This document shows, in pieces, positions 1 to 9,628 of a stretch of 64,000 bases of DNA. The DNA is from Spirochaetia bacterium. Its GTDB lineage: Bacteria; Spirochaetota; Spirochaetia; WTKD01; G963693115. The notes under the pieces were generated by a model, which was not told the origin of the DNA, did no database searches, and saw only the letters and a list, made by a program, of their open reading frames with translations. Location: positions 192,001 through 256,000 of the forward strand of contig CBDDCA010000005.1 of NCBI GenBank assembly GCA_965226055.1, in the 5' to 3' direction. The stretch's first letter is position 1. The number at the start of each line of letters is the position of its first letter. The translations under genes and the position numbers were made by a program.

Positions 1-263
1 CAACTATGGAAAGCGTGTGTAGCTTACTCTCTCCGAAAGGAAACCGTAAAGCACCATTCTCATCCCCTAGCGATTGTATACAAGCAATATGTTCACCAGC
101 AGGAACCACAATAGAAGGGATACACAGTTTACACTCTCAGTCATTCTATGCGATAATAATGAATGCAGTACATCAAGCACGCATCAAAGCTGATAGTATT
201 GAACAAAAGATAAAACAAGAAACATATACTACCACAGAATCAACGCAAGATTCTATTGAATAA
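1..263 (+). CDS. proC: pyrroline-5-carboxylate reductase, C-terminal fragment (5' end outside window)
   Basis: CSPAGTTIEGIHSL...IIMNAVHQA matches the ProC C-terminal SPGGTTxxGxxxL...AVxxA motif; the frame is open to the window edge. Confidence 0.75.
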   Translation, partial: TMESVCSLLSPKGNRKAPFSSPSDCIQAICSPAGTTIEGIHSLHSQSFYAIIMNAVHQARIKADSIEQKIKQETYTTTESTQDSIE

Positions 264-271
264 GAGTAATT

Positions 272-1582
272 ATGATTGATATAAAACTAATAGTAGAAAA
301 AAAAGAAGAGTACATACATTCAATTAAAGCACGTCATCTCAATGTTGATATATCTGATATTGATATATTATACGAAAAAAAGAATACGTTACAAAAAAAT
401 CTTGAGAAATTACAAGAAGAACGTAATAAAACAGCAAAAAAATTATCAGCTCCCCTTGATGCACAACAACGTAGCACACTTGTAGAAAAAGGCAAACAAT
501 TAAAAAAAGATATTACAAGCATTGAAGAAGAGTACAAACAATGTAATACACAACTTATACAGCTTGCAGAAAGTGTTCCTAATCTTTTTCATCCTGATAT
601 TCCTGTAGGAAAAGAAGAACACGACTCTCTTGTAATACGAAAAGAAGGAATTATTCCACAATTTAATTTCAAAGCAAAAGATCATGTACAGTTAGGTACA
701 GAACTTGATATTATTGATTTTGATACAGCTGCAGAAGTAAGTGGAGTAAAATTTTACTATCTTAAAAATCAAGCTGTATTACTTGAATTAGCATTATTAC
801 GCTTTGGTATTGATATATTACAAAAACATGGCTTTAGTATTTTTCAAACCCCTGACATTGCAAAATTAAGTGTTATTTCTAAACTTGGATTTCAACCTCG
901 AGGTGCTGAGAGTAATATTTATAAGCTAGAAGATGAAGAAACAGGATTAGTGGGAACTGCAGAAATTACCCTTGGAGGGTATCTAATGAATTCAATCATA
1001 CAAGAACAGCAACTTCCTATAAAGTATGCAGGTATTTCCCATTGTTTTAGAAAAGAAGCAGGAGCTGCAGGACAGTACTCTAAAGGGCTGTATCGTGTTC
1101 ATCAATTTACAAAACTAGAAATGTTTACATTTTGTCATCCACAACAATCTGAGACAATGCACAGTGAATTACTTGCCATTGAAGAAGAGATATACACGCT
1201 ATTAGAAATTCCTTATAGAGTAGTTGACACTTGTACTGGTGACTTAGGCAACCCTGCATATAGAAAATTTGATATTGAAGCATGGATGCCTGGTCGTGGA
1301 AATGCAGGAGAATACGGAGAAATCACCAGTGCTTCTAACTGTACTGACTATCAAGCACAACGCTTAAATATTCGTGTACATTCACCAGAAAAGAAGAAAA
1401 AATACTTTCCTCATATGCTTAATGGCACTGCCATTGCTATTTCTCGTGCCCTCGTAGCGTTACTTGAAAATAACCAACAATCTGATAGCTCTATCCTTGT
1501 TCCACAAGCATTACAAGCATACTGTGGGTTCTCAAGCATACCTTGCCTATCATCTAGCACCAATGAAACAATCACTTCATAA
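272..1582 (+). CDS. serS: serine--tRNA ligase
   Basis: N-terminal coiled-coil arm; GTAEITL, CFRKEAG, GLYRVHQFTKLE, DIEAWMPG, EITSASNCTDYQ and LNGTAIA class II SerRS motifs. Confidence 0.97.
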   Translation: MIDIKLIVEKKEEYIHSIKARHLNVDISDIDILYEKKNTLQKNLEKLQEERNKTAKKLSAPLDAQQRSTLVEKGKQLKKDITSIEEEYKQCNTQLIQLAESVPNLFHPDIPVGKEEHDSLVIRKEGIIPQFNFKAKDHVQLGTELDIIDFDTAAEVSGVKFYYLKNQAVLLELALLRFGIDILQKHGFSIFQTPDIAKLSVISKLGFQPRGAESNIYKLEDEETGLVGTAEITLGGYLMNSIIQEQQLPIKYAGISHCFRKEAGAAGQYSKGLYRVHQFTKLEMFTFCHPQQSETMHSELLAIEEEIYTLLEIPYRVVDTCTGDLGNPAYRKFDIEAWMPGRGNAGEYGEITSASNCTDYQAQRLNIRVHSPEKKKKYFPHMLNGTAIAISRALVALLENNQQSDSSILVPQALQAYCGFSSIPCLSSSTNETITS

Positions 1583-1590
1583 TACGCCCT

Positions 1591-2685
1591 ATGCAATTTA
1601 TTGCTGAAATAGGGTCTGCACACGCAGGGTCTCTTTCACAAGCGAAAGAACATATTATAGCAGCAAAAGAAAGTGGTGCTACTACTGCAAAATTTCAATG
1701 GATTATCGCAGACGAAATTGTAAGTGATACTGTTGGGGATATGCATTTTGGTAACACAACATTTAATTTACATCATACATTCAAGCAAGTAGAAAAAGAT
1801 ATTGAATTTTATCAACAGCTAAAAGAGTACACAGAAAACCTTGACTTACAATTTCTCTGCTCTGTGTTTGGAATACAATCACTTCATCAATATCTACAAC
1901 TAGAACCGTCAATCATTAAAATTGCATCTCCAGAAATCAATCATATTCCACTGTTACAAGAAATTTCAAAAAATAACGCAAGCATATTACTTTCTACTGG
2001 ACTTGCAACACTTATTGATATACAAATATGCCTTGATATTCTCATACAAAAAAACACAACTATAGAACATAACAATAGACACAACAGTACTCCACATACT
2101 GTACAGTTACTCCATTGTGTAACAGCCTATCCTGCCAACTATAATGAGTACAACCTCTCTTTATTGCACACGTATCAGCAATTTTTTACTGATACTGTAG
2201 GTATTTCTGATCATAGTAATTCTATAGCATTACTTGCTGCTACCTCATTGCTGTTTGGATCTAGTATCATTGAAAAGCATTTTTGCATAACAAAAACAAC
2301 ACATAACATAGATAATACAGTAGCATTATCTCCTCAACAGTTTTCTACTATGGTACAAGCATGCAAACAAATAGAAACATTGCTCAACAATACATCCAAC
2401 AGTATAGATACTTCTCATTCCTCTATCACGCAAGATATAGTGCTATTTCTCAGGGATATTGCAGAACAAGAGCATCATCAATTTGATGTACAATCACTTC
2501 TCAAAGCAACAGATTGGCAAAGCCCTGCACTGCTTGATATATACTATAGTTCCCGTAGAAGTGTATTTTCAAAACAACATAGCAAAAAACCTTCCTCTAT
2601 CTCGCTTGATGATATTGTAATCTTACGAAGTGAAAAAAATATCCAACCTGGCATTCCTGCCGAGTACTTACAATACATAGACTAG
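1591..2685 (+). CDS. N-acetylneuraminate synthase (NeuB/SpsE) family protein
   Basis: FIAEIGxxHxG, AKFQ, KIASPE, LSTG, LLHCVTAYP, GISDHS and IEKHF motifs; short SAF-like tail. Confidence 0.85.
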   Translation: MQFIAEIGSAHAGSLSQAKEHIIAAKESGATTAKFQWIIADEIVSDTVGDMHFGNTTFNLHHTFKQVEKDIEFYQQLKEYTENLDLQFLCSVFGIQSLHQYLQLEPSIIKIASPEINHIPLLQEISKNNASILLSTGLATLIDIQICLDILIQKNTTIEHNNRHNSTPHTVQLLHCVTAYPANYNEYNLSLLHTYQQFFTDTVGISDHSNSIALLAATSLLFGSSIIEKHFCITKTTHNIDNTVALSPQQFSTMVQACKQIETLLNNTSNSIDTSHSSITQDIVLFLRDIAEQEHHQFDVQSLLKATDWQSPALLDIYYSSRRSVFSKQHSKKPSSISLDDIVILRSEKNIQPGIPAEYLQYID

Positions 2686-2721
2686 CTATAGAGTAAGGAG
2701 CAGGAATGGATAAGCAAAATT

Positions 2722-2804
2722 AGCCTAAGCAAAGCTCCTTTGTCCAATAGGTATAGCTTAGTGAAATTAAGATTTTTCACACTTAGGTTAGCTTTGCTTA
2801 GGCT
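2722..2804. repeat. 83-bp element with perfect 15-bp terminal inverted repeats
   Basis: AGCCTAAGCAAAGCT (2722-2736) is the exact reverse complement of AGCTTTGCTTAGGCT (2790-2804); small internal hairpin GTGAAA/TTTCAC at 2761-2780. Confidence 0.7.
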
Positions 2805-2841
2805 CTATAGCAAGAAAGGAAATACTCCTTTCTTGCTATAG
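2805..2841. repeat. 37-bp palindrome (16-5-16) downstream of lipoprotein L1; terminator-like or recombination-site-like
   Basis: CTATAGCAAGAAAGGA-AATAC-TCCTTTCTTGCTATAG, 19 bp from the L1 stop codon; identical arms at 49093 and 54192. Confidence 0.9.
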
Positions 2842-2860
2842 GCATATTTCTATGTATCTA

Positions 2861-5800
2861 CTATGATGTACACTCTGGATCATCTCTATCCTTTGGGTAC
2901 TGTGCTGTTTTGCCAGCCATAGCTGAACCTGAGAAATCACCAGAATCTAATGTTAGGCTACACAATTTCCATGATGATAAGTTTTGATCAAATTTAGAAG
3001 CATCCTCAAATGCAAATCCAAATCCAAATCCAGTAACACTCCTTAATTTCCAGCTTACTATGTTTTTATTAAAAGCACTTGCTTTATAAAATATATAGGA
3101 AATATCAGTTACTTTCTCTACATTCCAACCTCCTATATCTTGATTAAAAGCAATAGCACTACTAAACATCCTATGCATACTGGTAACTTTTCCTGTATTC
3201 CAACCTCCTATGTCTTGATTAAAAATAGTAGCCTTCCTAAATACATTTTCCATACTAGTAACTTTTCCTGTATTCCAACCTCCTATGTCTTGATTAAAGG
3301 CATTCGCTTCAAAAAACATAGCATCTATATCCTCTACATTACTGGTATTCCATCGTGTTATGTCTCCATTAAAAGTACTATCATTCTGAAATAACTGACT
3401 CATATCGGTAATAACACTCGTATCTATCATGTTGAGGTTGGGACTAGGGTTGCTACTCTTCCCTCCTGTAGCTTGCCTTGTTTTTTCTTCACTGATAATA
3501 GTTTGTAGTGCTTTCTTTGTTGTTGGTCTATAATAGGTAGCTGCTTTTCCTGATGGTGCTGCTCTTAGCTCTGTCTGTATAACGATAGTGGCTAGTATTT
3601 TTTTCTTTGATGCAGTAAGGGTACACTGTACTACATCATAGCTATATTCAGTAATAGCTGTGTCTCGTATATTGGACTTATCTGCTATGCCTGTTATAGT
3701 AACTGTTTTGCTACTCTGATCAAACGATACTGCTAGCCCTGTTTCTTTTTTGATTTTCTTTGCATCTGCTTCTAGTATGTTTGCATCACAGGTAAAGGCA
3801 TTGCCACTGGGTGTGCTTGCTAATACTCTTGTAGTATTTATTGCTGGCGTTTTGCCTACTTCTGCTGAAACTATTGTAGTGTTTCCTATAGATATTGCGC
3901 TTGTTTCAAACTCGTAGCGTTCTCCTGTTGATGCTTTTGTAGGATCAGTGCTGTTTACTGCTTGTACAACTATTTCGTAGGTCGTTCCGTTTGTCAATCC
4001 TGTCAGGGTAGTGTTTGTTGTTCCTGCTGCTACTGTTGTGGGGCTTGAATCTGCTTGTTTTATCGCTGCTACATTTCTTGCACTGCCACTCTTGGCTACT
4101 TTGTATACTTTGTACGATACTTGTGCTGCTGTTAGGGTAGCTCCTGTATTTGTTTTGTGGCTTGCACTGAGGCTGGGGGCTGTCCACGATACTCTCATGC
4201 CGCCTGTCTGGGCTACTCTTGTCTGTATGCTTGTTACTTCTGCGGGGGCTGTTGCTTGCGATGCGGTTGTTACGCTTGCTACTGTTGAGGATGCTACTTT
4301 CTTGCTAGGGTCTGTTTTTATTGCTACCTCTACCACAAAGTAATACTTTGTCGCTCCTTTTATTGCTACTACTGGTGCTGTGTCTGAAGATAAGCCTAAA
4401 CTGGCAAGGGCTGGTACTGTGTACACTCCGCTACTTGCACTGCCTAGGTTTATCTTTCTGCCTGCAAGTACTTCTGCTACTGTAGGGTCAGTGTCTTTCT
4501 GTAAGCCATACACTGTGTATACTAGCTGATTGCTTGCTGTTATGTTTGTGCCATCGTAGTCTTTTGCTCCTGTAAATGTATTTAGCTCGGTAAGTACCAG
4601 CTTTATTGTGCCTGCTGTGTTTGTTGACGGTGATACTACTAGCTTTCCTGTCAGTAATGACTGGCTGGGTGCTACTGCTTTGGAAGTATAGATTTCCTTT
4701 ATTTCTGTTACATCGGTGTAAAAGCCTGCAGGAAAGAGCTTGTCGCTATTTGTTGCATCGTAATTGGATGATGTTGTGTTTACTATCCTCACTCCTATGT
4801 AGTAATCTTTTGCTGTTTCTATGGGCGTTGCTCCTGCACTGCTTCCACTGGTGCTGTCTACTATTGCTATGGATATTGTGTCTTGAGTTGTTCCTGTTGC
4901 TTTTGTGTATTTTGCTACTTTTACACTGCTTTTCTCTGTTGCCCATAAAGCCGATACGCTGGCAGGCTTTCCTGTGGTATCTTCTTTCTTGAGGTATAGC
5001 ACATAGTACGCAAGGTCTGTCGCTTCAAGGGCATTGCCATTTGCCTTGCTCACTCCTGCTATGTCTGAGGCATTTACTTGTACTGTTATTACTTTTTTCC
5101 CTCTATTGCTTCCTGTTGTAGGCACTGCAAATACCACTGCATTACTGTTAGTGTAGGTTGTTACTTTTGGTGTGCTTGGGGGAGCGGTAAGAGTTGCTTT
5201 CTTTATTGTTACTGATGCTCCTATGCTATACGAGGGATTAAGGCTGTTTATCGCTTCTACTCCTGCGGTATAGTCTGCTCCTTTCGTTCCTATAAATGTT
5301 GCTTTTAATGGGTTGCTGTTTCCTGCTAGCTCCCGTGTTTGTACTCCTGCAAGGGCTTTTATTTCGTCTAGTGTCTTTGTGCTATGGTCTCCTGCTGCTA
5401 TGTATACTTTGTACTGTATTTGTGCCTGTGTGAGTTTGCTTCCACTGGGAGCTTTGTTATCATTAGTAATAGTACCTGCACTAAATGTATAGACTGCTGT
5501 TGCAGTTGTTTGGGTTACTGACTCTACGGTGAGCTTTGCATCTTTTGCAGCGGGCGGTGCTGTCGAGGTGCTATCGTATACTGCTACTGCATCAGCAAGT
5601 GCGGTTACGGGGCTTACTCTGTTATTTGCTATTTGCAGAAAATCAAAGCGATAATTCTTGGCATTTGCTTGGCTCTTGGGTACTTCTACGCCATCTGCTA
5701 TCCCAAAGCTAATGGTGGTTGCTGTTCTTGTTATGCTTTTTTCTGCTATTAAGGTAGCTCCCTCTTTCATACGCAAAGTGTAGTATCGCCCTATGCCTGG

Positions 5801-7689
5801 AGCTTGCTTAAAAGTTGCTTTTATTTGTATAGCTCCTGTTTTGTCAAGGGTAGGCTTGCTTTGAAAGAGATCTTCTGAGGGGGCTGTGAGTGAGTTGGGG
5901 GTGGTTATGTCTTTTGTTGCTTGACTACTTTTGTTTTCTGAGTAATCAAGCGTGAGTATTGTTATGGTATATGTTTTTCCTTGCACAAGTTCTTCTACAG
6001 AGAGTGACTTTGTGGGATAGGGTATTTTCTTCTCGCTCAGTACTGCAGTGCTTGTGCCTTTCTCTGCTATGCTTATGCTGTATTCTTTTATGTCCTTGTT
6101 ATTGGCTTTTGTTGTATCGGGTGCTGTCCATGTTATCTGCGTGCCTATCTTTGCTGCTGATACAAAGGGATAGCTTGCTTGTATGCTTGTTACTGCATCG
6201 GGGGCGGTGCCATCATCTACTGTGGTGGTGGTTGCTGTTATTTTTGCTCCTTTGTTGCCTGTGTAATCTTGTGACTGTACTGCTATGCTGTACTCGGTAG
6301 TGGCTTTGAGGCCTGTTATCTGCGTGTTTCTTAGTGTTCTCTCTGTTATTGTTACTGTCTTTGCTGCTGTTGTGCTGTCCTTTTCTGTTGCTGTTATAGT
6401 CACTCCTGCATAATCTCGTACATCGGGGGCTTGCCAGCCTACTACTATGCTTGTTGCTCCTCCTATGGCACTTACATTGCTTACAGGCTCTGTGCTTTTG
6501 TCTGTTGTTGCTTGTTCTTTTGACACTGCAGTGGAGTACTTTCCGTTTTTAAAAACATACACTTCTACTTTGTACGTAAGCGTGCCGTAGAGTTTTGTGA
6601 GTGCTATGCCATCTTTTGCTACATACACAGTGGCGTACTCTCTGTTGTCTGCACTTGCTCCGCTGACATTGGTTGTACTTGTATCTTTGTCTATTGTTTC
6701 TTCTGCTACTACTGTATTGGTTGCGGTTGCTGTTACTCGTACTTGCAGGCTTTTGTCTGTAAAAGTAAAGCTCCCCCACTTGATAAGCAGGCTTTCATCG
6801 GCTGGGCTATTGCTTTTATCGTTTGCTGTTACTGTAAGGTTTGCCTCTGGCAGTGGCGTTACTGTTTGTGAGAGTGCTGATGGCACTATGCCTCTGAGTG
6901 CTTGCTTTGCCGTGCTTTTGTTACCGTTGCTATCTTTGTATACTACTACTATATCATAGCTGATGCCATCTATAGTGGGGACAGCAATGCTCACCTCTCC
7001 TTGTGTTACATCTTGTACTGATACTTCTGTCTTTACATTAGTAGTTTTTTCTATCACCTGTATTGTGGCTTCGGCTATGTCTGTCTTGCCTGACGAGAGC
7101 AGTGCTTTGTCCCATGTTAGCTTTATACTATCGTTTTGTGCTTTCTCTACTGCTACCCGTGTAAAAGTGTCCTGTGGTGCAGTTTCATCGGTAAGTGTTG
7201 TCACAGAGCGTGTTGTTTTTGGTGATATTTCTGTGTCTGAGCCTGTGTCTGATTTTTGGGCTTCTATCTCTACAGTATAATCGGTAGTAGCATGCAAGCC
7301 TCTGAGTGTGTAGGGTCTGTTTTGTTGAAACAATGCACGATATTCTATTGCAGGAACACGCACTTCTATTGATTGTGCTGGTGTCGTTGAAGTTGCTTTT
7401 ACAACTACATGTGTGGCTTCGCTGGGAGCTTGCCAGCGTAACGAGAGCGTCCCATCGTTGCCTGCTACTTGTATCTGCACATTGGACACTGATGCGAGTG
7501 TCGGGGTCACTGGTGTTCCCCCTCCGCCTGAGGAACTGCTACTGCTCTCTGCACATCCTACGAGTACGAGGGTAGTCATTGCTAGCACTGCTAGTATAGT
7601 TAGATTTTGCTTATATCGAGAGTGTACCCCCCCCCCCCCCCGATTTTTTTCAGGCTGTGAAGTTCCTTACTCAACCACATTTTTTTCAT
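2861..7689 (-). CDS. large surface lipoprotein L1 (Fn3/Ig-like stalk + DUF285/BspA-type repeat head); frameshifted at a G15 tract in the signal peptide
   Basis: ORF 2861-7588 carries the LVLVGC lipobox, Fn3-like repeats and six 25-aa MF..A..FNQDI..W repeats. The likely true start is ATG 7689 with an AAGGAG RBS matching L2/L3, 101 nt upstream of the ORF start (out of frame by one G). Confidence 0.88.
7627..7641 (-). repeat. poly-G15 simple sequence repeat (candidate phase-variation tract)
   Basis: 15 consecutive C on the + strand of an AT-rich genome, inside the L1 signal-peptide coding region. Confidence 0.85.
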
Positions 7690-7846
7690 AATGTTCTCCT
7701 TAATTATTATCTATATTGTGTGTTTATCATTACACAATGAACAACTATTATTATAACACAAATACTATTTTTTTGTGGCATCCTGCAAAAAGAAAAAATA
7801 CATAAAATAAGGCGTACACATATATTACTTTTAGCACTAGAAACTA

Positions 7847-8764
7847 TTACAGAGTCATGGGTAATAAAGATCTATATGAAGATAGTCGTTTTTCTGCCAA
7901 ATCAATATATTCTTTACAAGTGTCAAATCCAACAAAATTTCTATTTGATGTAAGAGCTGCTATACCAGTAGTACCACTTCCTATAAATGGATCAAGAATT
8001 ATATCATTTGTAAAAGAAAATAATTGAATAAGTCTAAATGGTAACTCAACAGGAAATGGAGCAGGATGACCTACTCGTCTTGCCGATTCTGCATTAAAAG
8101 TCCATATTGATTTTGTCCAATCAATAAAATTTTGCTTCAAAATAGTATTTTGTTTTCTCCCTTTCTCTTCCTGTGTCCGTTCACGTTTATATTCCCCCTT
8201 AGAAAAAATAAGAATATACTCATGAGTATCTCTTAATGTAGGATTAGATGCTGACATCCAACTCCCCCATGCAGTAGAAGAACTAGCACTAGCTGCCTTA
8301 TTCCAAATAATCTCCCCTCTCATATTAAAGCCTATATCTATCATAATGGTAGAAATATAATCACTAAGAGGAATATATGGTTTTCTCCCTACATTTGCTA
8401 TGTTAATACAAGCTCTACCTCCATTAACAAGAACTCTATATGTTTCCTTAAAAACATTACTAAGCATATGGAGATACTCCTGTAATGATAAATCTTCATC
8501 ATATTCTTTAGAAACATTATAAGGAGGAGAAGTAACCATAAGATGCAATGAATTATCAGGAATAACAGACATATCCTCAGCATTTCCTACAATGTTTGTA
8601 TTCAATAAATGATCAGGAAAATCATTTACTTCATAAGATGCTATCGTATGTGCCACATTTTCGTATAACTTTGAATTATAGAAAGGGGTAGAATTATGAT
8701 TGACTCTCCCTTTTACTCCAAACGAACTTGTAGCTGTATTGGTAGTAGAAGTATATTTACTCAT
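7847..8764 (-). CDS. site-specific DNA methyltransferase, beta class (probably N4-cytosine)
   Basis: Catalytic TSPPY precedes the SAM-binding LDPFIGSGTT; also HPAPFP and TAWGSW motifs. No adjacent endonuclease. Confidence 0.9.
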   Translation of the reverse strand: MSKYTSTTNTATSSFGVKGRVNHNSTPFYNSKLYENVAHTIASYEVNDFPDHLLNTNIVGNAEDMSVIPDNSLHLMVTSPPYNVSKEYDEDLSLQEYLHMLSNVFKETYRVLVNGGRACINIANVGRKPYIPLSDYISTIMIDIGFNMRGEIIWNKAASASSSTAWGSWMSASNPTLRDTHEYILIFSKGEYKRERTQEEKGRKQNTILKQNFIDWTKSIWTFNAESARRVGHPAPFPVELPFRLIQLFSFTNDIILDPFIGSGTTGIAALTSNRNFVGFDTCKEYIDLAEKRLSSYRSLLPMTL

Positions 8765-8881
8765 TAGATACCTCTTTCAACAATGAAAAATTTTTATTCA
8801 TCATTAATGTTCTTGCATGATCCACAGTATCTCCTTTTCATAAAAACATATCCGCTACTATTCATCCCTCAATAAAATATA

Positions 8882-9484
8882 TTACAGTACAAAAGCTCCT
8901 TTGATTTGCATATTGTGTATTGCTTTCTCCTCATCACCTTCCTTTAGGTTCACTGCCTTACATGCCTGCTTAAGCAATCCAACCCTATAGCCTAGCTCTA
9001 ATGCATCTATTACAGTAAAATACACACAATAATCAGTAGCTAATCCACATACATGCAGTTCTTGTATCTTATGAGAACGAAGCACATCGTCTAGCTCTGT
9101 TTTATTGCGATAAGTATCAAAAAAAGCGCTATAACTATCAATATCAGAATTAGCACCTTTCTTAAGATAATAATCTATTGTATGTCCATGCTGTGCTATC
9201 TCTCTATGAAGCTCTGCACCATAGGTCTCTTGTACACAATGATCTGGCCATACTATTTGTGGTACATCATGTTCTACTATAATAGTATCTCCGATCTTTT
9301 TTCCATGTCTTGATGCAAAGCTTATATGGTGTTCTGGATGCCAATCCATTGTTGCTACAATAAAGTCATATGTTTCCATATACTGTGTTATCTTTGGAAC
9401 TATCTCATTTGATTGTGGTACTGCCAAAGCCCCACCTTCTAAAAAATCATGTTGTACATCAACTATAATAAGTGCTGTGTTCAT
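8882..9484 (-). CDS. pncA: nicotinamidase/pyrazinamidase
   Basis: VDVQHDF, GGALAV, DWHP..H.SF, WPDHC, DSYSAF and GLATDYCV motifs; start taken at MNTAL. Confidence 0.93.
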   Translation of the reverse strand: MNTALIIVDVQHDFLEGGALAVPQSNEIVPKITQYMETYDFIVATMDWHPEHHISFASRHGKKIGDTIIVEHDVPQIVWPDHCVQETYGAELHREIAQHGHTIDYYLKKGANSDIDSYSAFFDTYRNKTELDDVLRSHKIQELHVCGLATDYCVYFTVIDALELGYRVGLLKQACKAVNLKEGDEEKAIHNMQIKGAFVL

Positions 9485-9628
9485 GATTTTATTATACACA
9501 AGTATATAAAATCATGTATAATAGAATTATTAGTATGTGGCTACTATCACATACTACCATAACTATATGAATATTCATTAGTAATGAATATATATAGCTA
9601 TAAGACTTACAAGAAGGAAACTATACAT

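Noticed and set aside
2722-2804. tRNA gene (tRNA-sized, paired ends)
   Set aside because: No TTC T-loop, no D-loop GG pattern or cloverleaf, and the terminal stem is 15 bp.
2861-3100. Complete diversity-generating retroelement in this window
   Set aside because: No reverse transcriptase, Avd-like gene or non-coding template repeat is visible, and the heads differ by indels and repeat number. Kept only as a testable remote-target hypothesis.
3140-7691. Many 60-130 aa ORFs antisense or out of frame within L1 (similar ones inside L2, L3, A, B and the Fn3 gene)
   Set aside because: They are shadows of strongly ACA/GCA-biased repetitive coding sequence, recur at equivalent positions in the paralogs, and have no RBS or recognisable motifs.
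8794-8865. 23-codon minus-strand ORF (MNSSGYVFMKRRYCGSCKNINDE) upstream of the methyltransferase
   Set aside because: Too short, no recognisable family, and cannot be distinguished from chance or from a decayed R-M gene fragment.
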